64,000 bases of DNA from Blastocladiella emersonii ATCC 22665 (Eukaryota > Fungi > Blastocladiomycota), in NCBI GenBank assembly GCA_025594325.1, contig JANHCV010000003.1, positions 620,001-684,000 on the forward strand, in the 5' to 3' direction. Both the position numbers and the translations under genes were made by a program. Shown here one piece after another: positions 1-10,623 of this stretch; positions within the stretch are counted from its first letter, which is position 1, and each line of letters starts with the position of its first letter. The notes beneath the pieces are model-generated. The model had not been told where the DNA came from. It saw nothing but the letters and a program-made list of their open reading frames with translations, and did not search any database.

Positions 1-207
1 GTCGCGGCGCTCCCAGTTGTCCTCGGTCTCCTTTCCCGCAAAGACGTGGGCGAGCGCGGCAAACTCCTGGTCGGCGTCGCGCGGCGAGTTGATCGGGATC
101 GAGTCGCGGCCGAGCGACGACGCCGCGGCGGGCCCGCCCAGCTTGGACGGGCCGACGCGCGGCGACCCGGGGGCGCCCGATCCGGCGCGGCGGCGGGCAG
201 CGTCCAT
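1..207 (-). CDS. STU1: CLASP/Stu1 microtubule-binding protein, 5' part (continues off left edge)
   Basis: Manual translation from ATG at 207: MDAARRRAG...IPINSPRDADQEFAALAHVFAGKETEDNWERRD, matching the CLASP_N opening motif (F.GKETE.NW..R). Not in the ORF track because it is truncated. Confidence 0.75.
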   Translation of the reverse strand, partial: MDAARRRAGSGAPGSPRVGPSKLGGPAAASSLGRDSIPINSPRDADQEFAALAHVFAGKETEDNWERRD

Positions 208-570
208 GGTGTGCGGCTGCGGCAGGGGTCGTGGTTGCGTTGCACCGGGTCTGGCTCGCCGGCGTGGGGTTGCTTGATACGTTGGTGCGTGCGGCGAGGG
301 GAGGGGAGAGGAAGCGAGGGGAGGCACACGAGCGACCGCGTGGGCCGCGCTGTGTGACCGCCGCCACTCGACCAGCCAGCGCGCCTCAAAGCGGACTCTC
401 GCTCCCGCAGCCTGGGCGATCATGGAACAACGCAACTCAACTCAACCACGAAAGCAGATGCATCACATTGACGCTGGTGAAGCGTGAAGAGGCTCATTTA
501 TGATCGCGTCACACGGCTGCCCGCCTCCAAACCCCTCACGGTCGGTGCTGTCGTCGCTCACGTTGCTCGA

Positions 571-1304
571 TCATCGCGCGCGAGGCCTGAGTCGTGAGTG
601 CTTGATCATGTCGCGTACCTTCCGCGTTGTGCGAGCGCCGGCCCGTTTTTCTGCTCGACTTGTTGTGTGGATGCTTCGCTGGCGCCTCGCTGGCGCCTCG
701 CTGGCTGACCGACGCGCCCTCGCGAACTCGGCACCGTGGCCCGACTTTGGATCATCTGTGTCTTCGACTGCGCCGCTTTACCACTGCCCTGCTCAGTGGT
801 TCCTCAGGCGCTCGCGTTGACGGCTCTGAAAGCTCACAGCGGCGCAGCGAGGCAAGGATGTGCCCATCGCCATGCACGGCCCTGGCGAGGCGAAGCCTGA
901 TGACGGGGTATCTTCGGCCCAAGTCAGGAAAATACGGTACAACAACAATTCACGTCGAAATTGGCTTGGAGCTCTGAGTATGTAGATTCGCACACCTCGC
1001 GGCGTCCATGGCTCGCCGCTTGGCGTATCGCGAAGCCCCTGCCCGGTACCTGGCCTCGATCTCGGCCTGCTCCACAACTCATCGCGCACGAGGCCTGAGC
1101 CGTGAGTGTTTCATTGTCACGCGTCTCTTACGCGTTGTATGATACGAGGCCCGCCCCGTTCGTCGGCTCGAATTTGTCCTTCCGGGCTACGCCGATGCTT
1201 CGCTTGCTGGTCGAGGGGCCCTCGCGAACTTGACTGCGCTGCTTTTCGTCGTGTGATCACAGCCCTGATCAGCGGTTCTTCAGGCGCCGCGTTGACTGCT
1301 CTGA
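571..1304. repeat. Diverged direct duplication of about 230-260 bp (copy 1 about 571-829, copy 2 about 1079-1304)
   Basis: Shared blocks tcatcgcgc(g/a)cgaggcctgag(t/c)cgtgagtg, gatgcttcgct, ccctcgcgaact and cag(t/c)ggttc(c/t)tcaggcgc..gcgttgac(g/t)gctctga, in the same order in both copies. Confidence 0.8.
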
Positions 1305-1984
1305 CGCATCACACAATTGTGCAACAAATCAACCGAAGAGAGGATCTATCAGGAGAAACGCGAGAGAGGATACAAACGAAAGATCTAAGTCGTGATGACC
1401 GTACCTTGGCCACGCCGAGGATTTCCCATCGAGCGTCTGATTCCATCAGCGCCCGCTCGTAGTCTGCCATTAGCTTGGCATACTTCTGGTCGATCTCCGC
1501 AGCCGTCCTTGTCGATGCACGAGTGTCCGCTGGCTTCGTCTTGCGAATGGGTCAAGTTCGCGACTTGGACGCCAGAACCGCGTCGCGCCACTTGCGTCAC
1601 GTCTGTCCGTCATCGCTCATGTTGGAACTCGTGAAAGTACATGAGATCAAGGGGTATAACTTTGCTTGCGTCACCATCCGCTCGTAACTGCGAGGGGCGG
1701 GCGACGTATCGTGAAGTCTTGTCTTCGATTTGCTTCGCCGCGTGACTAGAGCTCAGTACGCAAGCCATCACAGAGCCTTCCACTTCTGCGCGCGCTCGAG
1801 AAGCTGCGGCTATCTTCAGCAATCAATTGCGGAAAGCGCAGAACGTCAATCCAGAACGGTGCCGTGCGGTGCTCAGCTCCCCAGTCGACTTGCTGGCACC
1901 GCGTCGCACCGCCCATCGACGCGGTGCTCATGCACTTCCCTACGCCACGTACTGTTCGAGCTCAACGAGAAACCTTGAACTCGC

Positions 1985-1990
1985 TATAAA
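1985..1990 (+). promoter_or_regulatory. TATA box of the metacaspase-like gene
   Basis: TATAAA about 85 bp upstream of ATG 2071 in a GC-rich context. Confidence 0.55.
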
Positions 1991-2070
1991 ACCCCCTCGA
2001 GTCCCCGCGCTAGCCCAGTACTCGAACACTACCAACGAACACGCCACGCATCGCATCGACCAATCCAAAA

Positions 2071-2933
2071 ATGCCCAACAGTGCTCTGTGTGTCGGCCTC
2101 ACGTACGGCGACGCGACGCCGTGTGCCCTCGCCGACGCGAGCGGCATGACCAACGTCGCGAGCGCGCTCGGCGCCGGCACCGTGACGCTGCTCACCGACG
2201 TGGACTCGGACGTGCCCGTGGCGCGCGAGGGTGTCCTGGCGTCGCTGCAGGAGATGGTCGCCAACGCCGAGCCCGGCGACACGGTGCTCTTCTCCTTCTC
2301 GGGCATGGCCGGCGAGGGCAATGGCATCGCGCTGCCCGACGGCACCGTCATCTCGGACGTTGACCTGCAGACGGTCCTCGCCGAGCTCCCCGCCGGCGCC
2401 AACTGCGCGCTCATCATGGACGCGCCCGTCGAGTTCGACTTCTCGGCCATGGGCGAGGGCGTCGGTAACATCATCACCATGTCCGCCGCCGCCGAGGGCC
2501 AGTACAACTTTGCCGGCGAGGACGGCGGCATGTCGCCCTTCTCGGCCGCTGTCATGGAGGTCATGACCAACCCCGACAACGCGGGCATCTCGTGGACCGA
2601 CGCCGCGGCTCGCGTGCAGGAGACTATGGGCCCCGATATGCCCGAGATGGTACTGAACTCGAGCAACCCCGAGGGTACGTTCACCCGCGCAAAACCAGTG
2701 GGCGTTGATCAATCCGAGCGCTAACGCGTTTTTCTTACCGTGTAGCGCTCTTCGAGCCCGCCGTTCCCGTCGAGGAGGCCGTCGTCGTCGACGGGACCGT
2801 TGTCGAGGTCGAGGTCGTTGAGGAGCCCGTTGTTGAGGAGGAGGAGACGACTGAAGTGGAGGTCGAGGAGGTGCCCGTCGTCGACAAGTGCTGCGCGGAG
2901 CCCGAGCCAGTCATTGACGACTGCTGCTGCTAA
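2071..2933 (+). CDS. Metacaspase-like (peptidase C14 fold) protein lacking the catalytic His/Cys; acidic E/V tail ending DDCCC; join(2071..2674,2746..2933)
   Basis: ALCVGLTY / VTLLTD / AEPGDTVLFSFSG / ALIMD follow the metacaspase pattern (KALLIGINY, ILTD, AQPGDSLFFHYSGHG, LFDSC). Intron GTACGT 2675 to TAG 2745 with CTAAC branch site at 2721. Exon 2 is in frame to TAA 2931-2933. Confidence 0.8.
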
Positions 2934-3272
2934 GTCTTCTACCACGCTGCAATTCGACGAAGCTTCATCTACCTCATTATTGACTGGACCCTTGAGCAAG
3001 CTTCATTAGAACTCGAGCACGAGCGTGCTGTGAGGGTATCGCTCCTGTCGCGGCATGACCAACGTCTCACACCAGTAGCGATGAACACAAATGATGAGCA
3101 ATGTATTGAGGACTCAATCGCACGATCCACCACCACCGCCGCCGAGAACTGCTGCCAACGGATTTGACTCTTGTGCGAACTAGGTGTGTGTGCTGCGCAC
3201 ACACTTGGGTCTCAGCTGTAGCTTTACTTGGCTTCTTGAGACTGTTTCAGTTGGTGAAAGTGAAGTAGTTTA

Positions 3273-3520
3273 TCAATTCTCAATCCTGCTCAGCAGGGAC
3301 AGTCGCTCCATGTCCTTCGCCACGTGCTGTAATGCCTTCTGCACGAGAACCCGACTGTTGAACCGGATGATGAGGATGTCCTCGGTCCTGCGCGTTCGAG
3401 AGAGGACCATGTACGGGTACCAGGCAGGAAAACGATGCGGGAGCTTGGGGTCGCCGAAGTCGGCAATGACCTTGTTCAGCGTCATCGTTGTGAGAACACG
3501 AACGCGAGCGCCGACGCGAC
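3273..3520 (-). pseudogene. Pif1-family (Helitron-type) helicase C-terminal remnant
   Basis: ALAFVFSQ (frameshift) MTLNKVIADFGD...YPYMVLSRTRRTEDILII resembles Pif1 motifs V-VI (LAFAMTxHKSQGxTLxxV...YVALSR). There is an upstream stop and no N-terminal part. Confidence 0.5.
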
Positions 3521-3699
3521 GCGTCACGCAACGCGTCTTTGAAACGCGTTCTCAGAGTTCAGGGGTAAACTCTTTAAGCTCGCCAGTCGACGAGCACCTC
3601 ACAAATTCGAGTAGTAACCAGTTGGAAGAAAAAGAGTTTGGAATATATCAGACAGCGGAAGTATTTTCGAAAGAAACGAAGGAAGGAACAGGATCAGGA

Positions 3700-4063
3700 T
3701 CAGGCCGAGCGGTCCTTGCCCTTGCCCTTGGCGGGACCGCGACGCGCGCGCTTGGTCGGCGAGGCCGGCGGGGTCGCCGAGTCGTCGTCGTCGGCCTCGT
3801 CGTCGTCTTGGGCGGCAGGGACGGCAGCGCCGGACTTGCCCTTGACGGCCGACGTGCGGGTACGCTTGGTGGGCGAGGCCGGCGGGGTCTTGACCGTCTT
3901 GTTCGGTCGAGGCGTTGGCGTTGATGAGGGGAACACCAGGCGAGTAGCGGACGGGGATCTCGATGTTGAAGAAGAGGAAGGGGCTCGACGGCGGAGACGG
4001 AAGCTCGGAGAGAACCATGAAGCGCGACGAGCAGCGCAGCGAGAACGTGGGAGAGAAGTTCAT
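3700..4063 (-). pseudogene. Small hypothetical gene with apparent frameshift; K/R-rich tail with duplicated TPPASPTKR
   Basis: TATAAA at about 4118-4123 (minus strand) and ATG at 4063 (MNFSPTF...). Coding-like codon usage switches frame near 3905 to NKTVKTPPASPTKR...DDDEADDDD...TPPASPTKRARRGPAKGKGK, stop at 3700. Confidence 0.35.
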
Positions 4064-4545
4064 GGTGTTGCGAGTGGTGAAGGAGAGCAAGGACTGTCAG
4101 CGGCGGCCCGCGCGCCTTTATATGTGGCCGCATGGCGGCCAGGCAGACGCCGGATCGCGAAGTATTAAGCGCTGCATGGGGTAGGAGTGGCGGGTAAAGA
4201 GCTGGTCAGCACAGGAGGTCTCAAAGAGCGTCGACGAGCAGCGGCAAGCGCGAGCGAGCGGGCGTGGAGTGGGAGAGCTTCCGAGGGCGCGAAAATGCAG
4301 CCAGACAGGATTGATGTCAGGTCACGTGATGCTGAACAGTCAGTTTCGAGCGAGGTCCGTCTCGTCGCGCCTGCGCACGGGAACCGCTGCACAGGACCTC
4401 ACTCCCCTCGAAGTGAACAGCCTCGAACTGTTGGGGACTAGGCAAAGCACAGTCCAGATTTACGTTGCAGGGGTCGGAATGAAGTGAAAGCGAAAAACAG
4501 CGGAACTCGTCGCGCGACGAAAATCGAAAACGGTCACTGAGCCAC

Positions 4546-5145
4546 TCATGTGACCACAAGAGCAAGGTTGATGTGCCTGATAGGTTTCAATTGCTCCCAC
4601 AGAAACTCAGCTTCGCTAAAGCTACAGCTGAGAATGTCACGGGGACGACATGCGAGAAACAGCGCCACGAACACGCCAATCACAATATAAATAGGCTGAA
4701 TGGAGTGGAAGGGACCATTGAAACCAGAGTAGGCCTGAGCGACCACAATGCTTGGCGTCAACGTGTCCGTGGCCGCCACGGCCAGCGTCAGAGTCGCAGC
4801 CGTAGTTGAGAGCCTGATCGTGGGCTTGGCAAGCGGGCCCGGTGCGCAGAAACCGTCCATGTTGTGGATCACGGTCGAAGCCGGAGCCGCCGCGCCAACC
4901 GTGTCAATGCGCACGCAGGTTGACGCCGCCGCAGCCCATGCCGCTAGCTCACACTCGTCGCCCTTGTCGTCCTTGGAGCACGCGTCTGGGAACCCGGCCT
5001 TCGGCCCCACAGGCGGTGCACATGGCGTCGAGGCAGAGCAGTGCGCGACGATTGGGATACCGCTCCTCGGTTTACCAGCGAACACGTCGTGCAGCAGGTT
5101 GCCGTGCTTGTCCGTGAGGAGAGTCGGTGGTTTGGTCGGTGCCAT
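4546..5145 (-). CDS. Hypothetical Cys-containing protein with a C-terminal hydrophobic segment
   Basis: ORF from ATG 5145 (MAPTKPP...) with a Cys-rich middle, a T/A-rich stalk and the hydrophobic stretch IYIVIGVFVALFLAC. No recognisable family. Confidence 0.35.
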   Translation of the reverse strand: MAPTKPPTLLTDKHGNLLHDVFAGKPRSGIPIVAHCSASTPCAPPVGPKAGFPDACSKDDKGDECELAAWAAAASTCVRIDTVGAAAPASTVIHNMDGFCAPGPLAKPTIRLSTTAATLTLAVAATDTLTPSIVVAQAYSGFNGPFHSIQPIYIVIGVFVALFLACRPRDILSCSFSEAEFLWEQLKPIRHINLALVVT

Positions 5146-5345
5146 GTGACGAGACTGATTCGGTGATCCACGGTTAGACGAAGATTTTGAGCGAGATTCA
5201 AAGCGTGGGTGCTTGCGACGCGCGAGACAGGAGTGGAGACGCGTCGCGAAAAGGCGTGACCAAATGTGATCACCGCGTTCGTTGAGCGCTACCCTTCCAC
5301 GCTTCTCCACGGCGGTGCTCACAGCTCTACGCCCAGCGCTCAACC

Positions 5346-6200
5346 ATGGAACCCTCAATGGAAACGCATGATATACTCCCTGCAACCCGTGATATCGCTA
5401 GCGCTCATCAACAGGCGGGGACCTGGACGCTTGCTGCGCTGCCCAGCGACCTCCTCCAAGCCGTTCTGACTCTCGTGCAGCCCCGACCCGCTATTACGGC
5501 AATCAACCGCGAGCTTTACTCGAACGCAAACGAACCGCGCGTCAAACTGGCTTGGGTGGCGCACATCGCGAACACGTTACTTCGGCCATGGACCGTGGTT
5601 ACCTCCGCCTCCGACCCGCTCCAACGTCTGCTGGGGGAAAAGCAACTTACTCCGCCGCTGAGCGACTATCTGCTGCTTGTCATCGATTATGCGTTGAAAT
5701 GTCTCCCAGTCGATCGCGAACCAGCGTCCCCTGTTAAGGGTATCGCCAAGTTCATGCCAGAACTGCGAGATGAACTCAGTCGGCTCCTGCCTGGAGTGTC
5801 AGTCGATTCACTCACGTATGCTTTCCCTACGCCTGGGTGGAGGCGGCCGGGACACGAGCCTCCGCGCCTTCATCTTTTGCTTGCCGCAGCTCATCCCACC
5901 CAGCTCAAGAACACCTCATTGATGACCTGGCGCACCCTCATCGCCTCCGTGATCAAGATTTTGGACGCTATGCCAGAACCAAGCCTTGTCCTTGCACACT
6001 CGCTCGATCGCACCTTGGCACGCGTGTGGCCTCGCATGCTTGATCCCATCGACATGCAGTCGCTTTCGCAGTGCGACAATTACATGCAGTCTCGACGCGA
6101 GCTCACGGAAAACGAGCAGTGGATCTGGGAGCTCATCTTCTGTCCCCCGCGCACGCTTGGCGAATCAGTGCGCTTGGCATTTTGCGGTTCGGATGCGTGA
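5346..6200 (+). CDS. Hypothetical protein with N-terminal F-box-like motif (paralog 1)
   Basis: LAALPSDLLQAVLTLV resembles an F-box start (L..LP.ELL..I). It aligns along its length with the 6441-7307 paralog. Confidence 0.6.
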   Translation: MEPSMETHDILPATRDIASAHQQAGTWTLAALPSDLLQAVLTLVQPRPAITAINRELYSNANEPRVKLAWVAHIANTLLRPWTVVTSASDPLQRLLGEKQLTPPLSDYLLLVIDYALKCLPVDREPASPVKGIAKFMPELRDELSRLLPGVSVDSLTYAFPTPGWRRPGHEPPRLHLLLAAAHPTQLKNTSLMTWRTLIASVIKILDAMPEPSLVLAHSLDRTLARVWPRMLDPIDMQSLSQCDNYMQSRRELTENEQWIWELIFCPPRTLGESVRLAFCGSDA

Positions 6201-6440
6201 TCCGCGCTTCAGCTGTTCAGCGCACCGTTGCAGAATACATTGATATGGGTAATTATCCCACTGCATGGTCGGGAAACACGCGATGAACTACACGACGCGA
6301 AACGACGTTAGGGGACGTGGTCACTGCATCCGTCCGTGTGCGCGAACAGTAAAGAAAGGCATTGGCGCCCCAGATTGAGCAGCAAGTACAAGCACGGGCT
6401 CTCCCTCCCTCTCCCGCATTCAAAGCTCTCGAATGAACGT

Positions 6441-7307
6441 ATGAAAGTCATGGACCAACCACATGCAATGCAGTCCACGGCGAGTAGCAGTCTCGCCGCT
6501 CAACCTCCAGCAACAACGTTTTCGCTTGCCAACATCCCCGTCGAGCTTCTTCAAACCGTCGTGTTTCTTGTGCAACCCCAAACCTCAATTGCAGCCCTAA
6601 ACCGAGTTCTCTACGTGCAAGCGCGTGACAAACAAGTCGCTCGAGCTTGGACGGCGAGCATCGCCCGCGTGCTGCTTGGACCTTGGTTGAGAAGCACGTT
6701 CACTTCGGTTTCGATTCCACCGCCCTTGCTCGAGCAAGAGCTCGTCATGCCGATCAGTGCCTACATGATGTTTTTCATTGAGCAACTGCCAAACTTCCTC
6801 CAGATTGATCGCGACCCAGCAACACCCAGTGCCCCTTCAGCAAAATCAATCGAACCCAAGCTTTGCGAACGCCTGCGCCGCTTCATGCCAGGAATGGCGG
6901 CCACCCCTCTTGCACGGCTTTTCGCGACCACTCTTATGCATAAGAATACCGGAACGCTCCGGGAGGCGCCTCGCCTCCACCTGCTACTCGTTACGGCGTA
7001 TCCCTCTCGCTGCACTGGAACTGCGGCAACAAGTTGGCGCTTGCTGATTTGTTCAGTGTTCAATGTCCTCAACGCCATCCCCAAACCAAGCGCGACTATC
7101 GGGCTCGCGCTGGAACGCTTCCTAACAAGCGTATGACCTCTCACTTTGGGATCAATCGATTTGTGGTCCCTGGCCCGGTGCGATCTTGGGAAGTACAAGG
7201 GCTGCGAGCTCACAGAAGACGAGTTGTGGCTCCGGAACCTGGTGTTCGATAAGTCAAGGAAGCTCAGAGCATCAGTCCGTTTGGCTTTTGATGAATTGAG
7301 TGCGTGA
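6441..7307 (+). pseudogene. F-box-like paralog 2 with in-frame TGA (7134-7136) at a conserved Trp
   Basis: LANIPVELLQTVVFLV, DRDPA and PRLHLLL are shared with paralog 1. The frame continues 56 codons past the TGA (PLTLGSIDLWSL...ELTEDELW...SVRLAF) to a stop at 7305-7307, colinear with paralog 1. Confidence 0.7.
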
Positions 7308-7848
7308 TGATGTGTGTGAGTGATGTTCGGCATGTAAATCGAGACAAAGTTTGGCACGGTTCAGTGAAGGGGTCGCGGGCGGCACGACCAGAGGAAACCG
7401 CTGCGGCGTGGGCTCTTTTTTTGCTACTGAAATTTGAATAGATAATGAAATCATCTCATGAAGCTTGAGAACCTACCCGCACGTCCGGTTCAGCTTTACG
7501 GAGCGCGAGGCGAGGCTAAAAGCTTGAGTCATTGCCCTCGCCGCGTCACAGTTCGTTCAGGCTCTCGCCGAGGTGTATTTTCGGACTCAAGAGTCGTATT
7601 TGATCTTTATCGCTCAAAGCGGGATGCGAAACGCGTGCCTTCGCGAGGTGCGAGACAGCAGTGGAGACGCGTCGGGAAAAGGCGTGACGGGGCGTGACCG
7701 CCGCTCAGCCCTCCTGCGGCAACACTTTGAGCGGGCTCGAATCGCTCGGCACGCTCCACCACCGGCGATCCGACCTGGCGCCCCCACGTAGCTTTTTAAC
7801 CCGACGCAACTTGTCGCAACGCGCTCCGCGCCCTTTGACGAATCCAAC

Positions 7849-8334
7849 ATGGCGTCCCGGTTCCGCATCCACCTGCCCAACATTGTGTTCCAGCTGGTGC
7901 ACACGCCGGACCTGGCGGCGAACCAGGTCGCGTTCAAGGTGCCGCAGCACATCAACAAGCTGGACATCCGGCAGTACCTGACCAAGATCTACGGGGTTGA
8001 GGTGTCGGACGTGCGCACCATGAACTACCTCGGGTTCAACTCGGTCATGGCGGGCGGCCGCGAGATGCACTCGGCCAAGTTCAAGAAGGCGATTGTGACG
8101 CTGGCCAACGGGCAGACCTTCGCGTGGCCCGCGGCGCCGTCGACCGAGGACCTCGACAAGATCCGCAAGCCGTCGCCGCGGTCCATTGACCAGTACGGCA
8201 AGAACGCCATGAAGAACCTGTTCCCCAACGCCACCAAGAACAAGAAGAAGACGACCGCCGCCGCCAACGCCGCGGCCGCGGCCCCGGCCACGTCGGCGTC
8301 CACGCCCTCGGTCGCGGCGCCAGCATCGGCGTAG
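7849..8334 (+). CDS. MRP20: Mitochondrial ribosomal protein uL23m
   Basis: IHLPN.VF, FKVP..INKLDIRQYLTKIYGVEVSDVRTMNY and KFKKAIVTL are L23 family motifs. Confidence 0.9.
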   Translation: MASRFRIHLPNIVFQLVHTPDLAANQVAFKVPQHINKLDIRQYLTKIYGVEVSDVRTMNYLGFNSVMAGGREMHSAKFKKAIVTLANGQTFAWPAAPSTEDLDKIRKPSPRSIDQYGKNAMKNLFPNATKNKKKTTAAANAAAAAPATSASTPSVAAPASA

Positions 8335-8739
8335 TCGTGCCCGAGTTTTTGATTCTTGTCTGTCGTTCGCTTTCCCACCCCCACACACCATGCTTGTTTT
8401 CCTAATACACCTACTGAATAGTGTCTCTCCGCCCTTCCCTTCCATCTGATATTCTACGCTTTTTCTGGAAGCTGGCGGATGCTCGCACGTTTCTCCCTCG
8501 GCGAGGGGCGCTTCCCAGCCAGAGTTCCGCGAGCGCGATGGTGGGCGCGCTGACCGAGCCCGCCGCCGCCGCCCACCCCGCCGCCGGCCCCGCACCCCTT
8601 GTCCTCTCTCCCATCCCCCTCTCCTGCTACACTCTAAGGCTCCACTCGCTGCAACGTATCAACCACCCTGCCCGAGCGCAGCCCCCACGCGGAAACCCCA
8701 CCCTTTCATACCACCGCACCATCAGCACCAGAGCTAGCG

Positions 8740-10279
8740 ATGCTTGCCGTCCCCGACCGCCCCTCGAGCCGCGCGGGCAGCCACGCGGGCAGCAGCACCG
8801 GCGGCGGCGCTGGGCGGCCGATGTCCATGTACGACACGGCGAGCGTGTCGTCGTCGGCGGGGCTCAACTCGCCCATGACGCCGGCGGCGAACGTGGCGGC
8901 GCTGGGCCCGACGTCGTTCGGCGCGGCGCAGGGACTGTCGGGCGAGCACCTGCAGCCGGGCCACTCAGCGTCGCTCGTCGACTTCTCGCAGACACTGGCC
9001 ATGTACCGCGAGAACGCCAAGAAGTCGGGCAGCCCGGACCTGCTGCTCGAGTTTGCGCGGTTCCTGCTGCAGACCGCGGTGCCGCAGTTCCCGGAGCGCG
9101 CGGGCGAGTTCAAGGCCGAGGCGTTCAAGATGTGCAAGAAGGCGGCGGCGTCGGGCAACGTCGAGGCGCAGTTCCACCTCGCCGAGTGCTACGAGACGGG
9201 CGTGTGCAGCGAGAAAGGGAAGCCCGACTACGCCAAGGCGCTGAACATGTACATGCAGGCGACCAAGCACGGGCACGGCGAGTCGGCGTACCGCGTCGCC
9301 GTGTACCACGAGAACGGGCGCGGCACGTCCAAGTCGCCACCGCGCGCACTGCAGTTCTACCAGAAGGCGGGTGCGCTGGGCCACCCGGGCGCGTGCTTCC
9401 GGCTCGGCATGGCCGAGCTGCACGGCGAGCTCGGGCTCGCCGTCAACCCGCGCAACGGCGTCAAGTGGCTCAAGCACGCGGCGGCGTCGGCGACGCCCGA
9501 CCACTGCGAGGGCCTGTACGAGCTGGCGCTGCTGCACGAGACGGGCATCGACCACGTCGTATTCGTCGACTACGAGTACTCGGTCAAGCTGCTGCGCGAG
9601 GCGGCTCAGCTCGGCCACGTCACGTCCATGTACCGGCTCGGGTCCTACTACGAGCACGGCAACCACGTGGCCAAGTCAGGCGCCACCTCGTTTGGCTACT
9701 TCAAGGCGGCCGCCGAGCGTGGGCACCCGGACTCGATGTTCGGCGTCGCCAGCTGGTACCTCACGGGCAACCGCGAGGCCAGCGTGCCGCAGTCGGACGA
9801 GCTCGCCTTCGAGTGGATGAAGAAGGCGGCTGAGGCGGGTCTGATCAAGGCCTTGTACGTTACTCTTCGGTTACGATGACCGCACACCCAGCCGCTGACC
9901 CCGCGTCTCAACGTGTAGCTTCGCGCTCGGGTACCTGTACGAGGAGGGCATCGGCGTTCCGGCCGAGGACTTTCAGCAGGCCAAGCTGTGGTACGAGCGT
10001 GCGCTGGCCAAGGGCGACAAGCGCGCGGCGCCCAAGCTGGCGGCGATCAAGGCGCACGAGGCGCGCGAGGCCGCGGGCGAGATGTCGGCGTCCGAGCGGC
10101 GGTCGCGCGCGCGGGCCAAGAAGCGCGGGGCCACCGGCAACGCGGCGGGCCAGCGCACGGGCAAGAGCGCGCCACCAGCAGGAGTAGCCCCAGAGGGGAA
10201 GAACGGGCGCACCGCCGAGGAGGAGCGGGAACGGATCCGCAAGGCGCGGACGGGCGAGGACGCGTGTACTATCATGTAA
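8740..10279 (+). CDS. SKT5: SEL1-repeat chitin synthase regulator Skt5/Chs4; join(8740..9854,9919..10279)
   Basis: YRENAKKS..PDLLLEFARFL, multiple SEL1 repeats, and the C-terminal CaaX motif CTIM*. GTACGT...TAG intron 9855-9918 restores the last SEL1 repeat. Confidence 0.88.
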
Positions 10280-10414
10280 AGGCTCTCCAGCTAGGAATGA
10301 ATGAGGAATGTGGAACCCCATCATCCTTTCTTGTCGTCGGCCGCGATCCAGAGTGAGGCAGGGCAGGGCAGGGCGGTCAAGGGCAGGGAGAAGCGAAGGT
10401 CGAATTTTACTTAA

Positions 10415-10429
10415 GGGCCCGTTTGGTTC
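10415..10429 (+). repeat. Left TIR of the Harbinger element
   Basis: GGGCCCGTTTGGTTC preceded by CTTAA. Confidence 0.9.
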
Positions 10430-10615
10430 CGGGGTGAATCAGGTGGATCAATCGATTTTACACGGTCCGGTGTTCACCCAGCTGAAACGTGGCATTTTCA
10501 CCCCGTCGCGTTCATCGCGGCGTTTGGTTCGACCCCCGGGTGAGCTGAATGGAACCCTCGTCGCTGAATCGCCCGTCTGCTCGCCCCCGAAACCTTCAGG
10601 CTGTGCTCCCCGGCC

Positions 10616-10623
10616 TATATAAA
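10616..10623 (+). promoter_or_regulatory. TATA box of the Harbinger Myb/SANT gene
   Basis: TATATAAA about 62 bp upstream of ATG 10685. Confidence 0.55.

Noticed and set aside
7134-7136. TGA=Trp genetic code reassignment or selenocysteine
   Set aside because: TGA is the true stop of several conserved genes here (TIF34, Sec7-PH, LRR, RapGAP), Trp is TGG elsewhere, and the aligned residue is Trp, not Cys.
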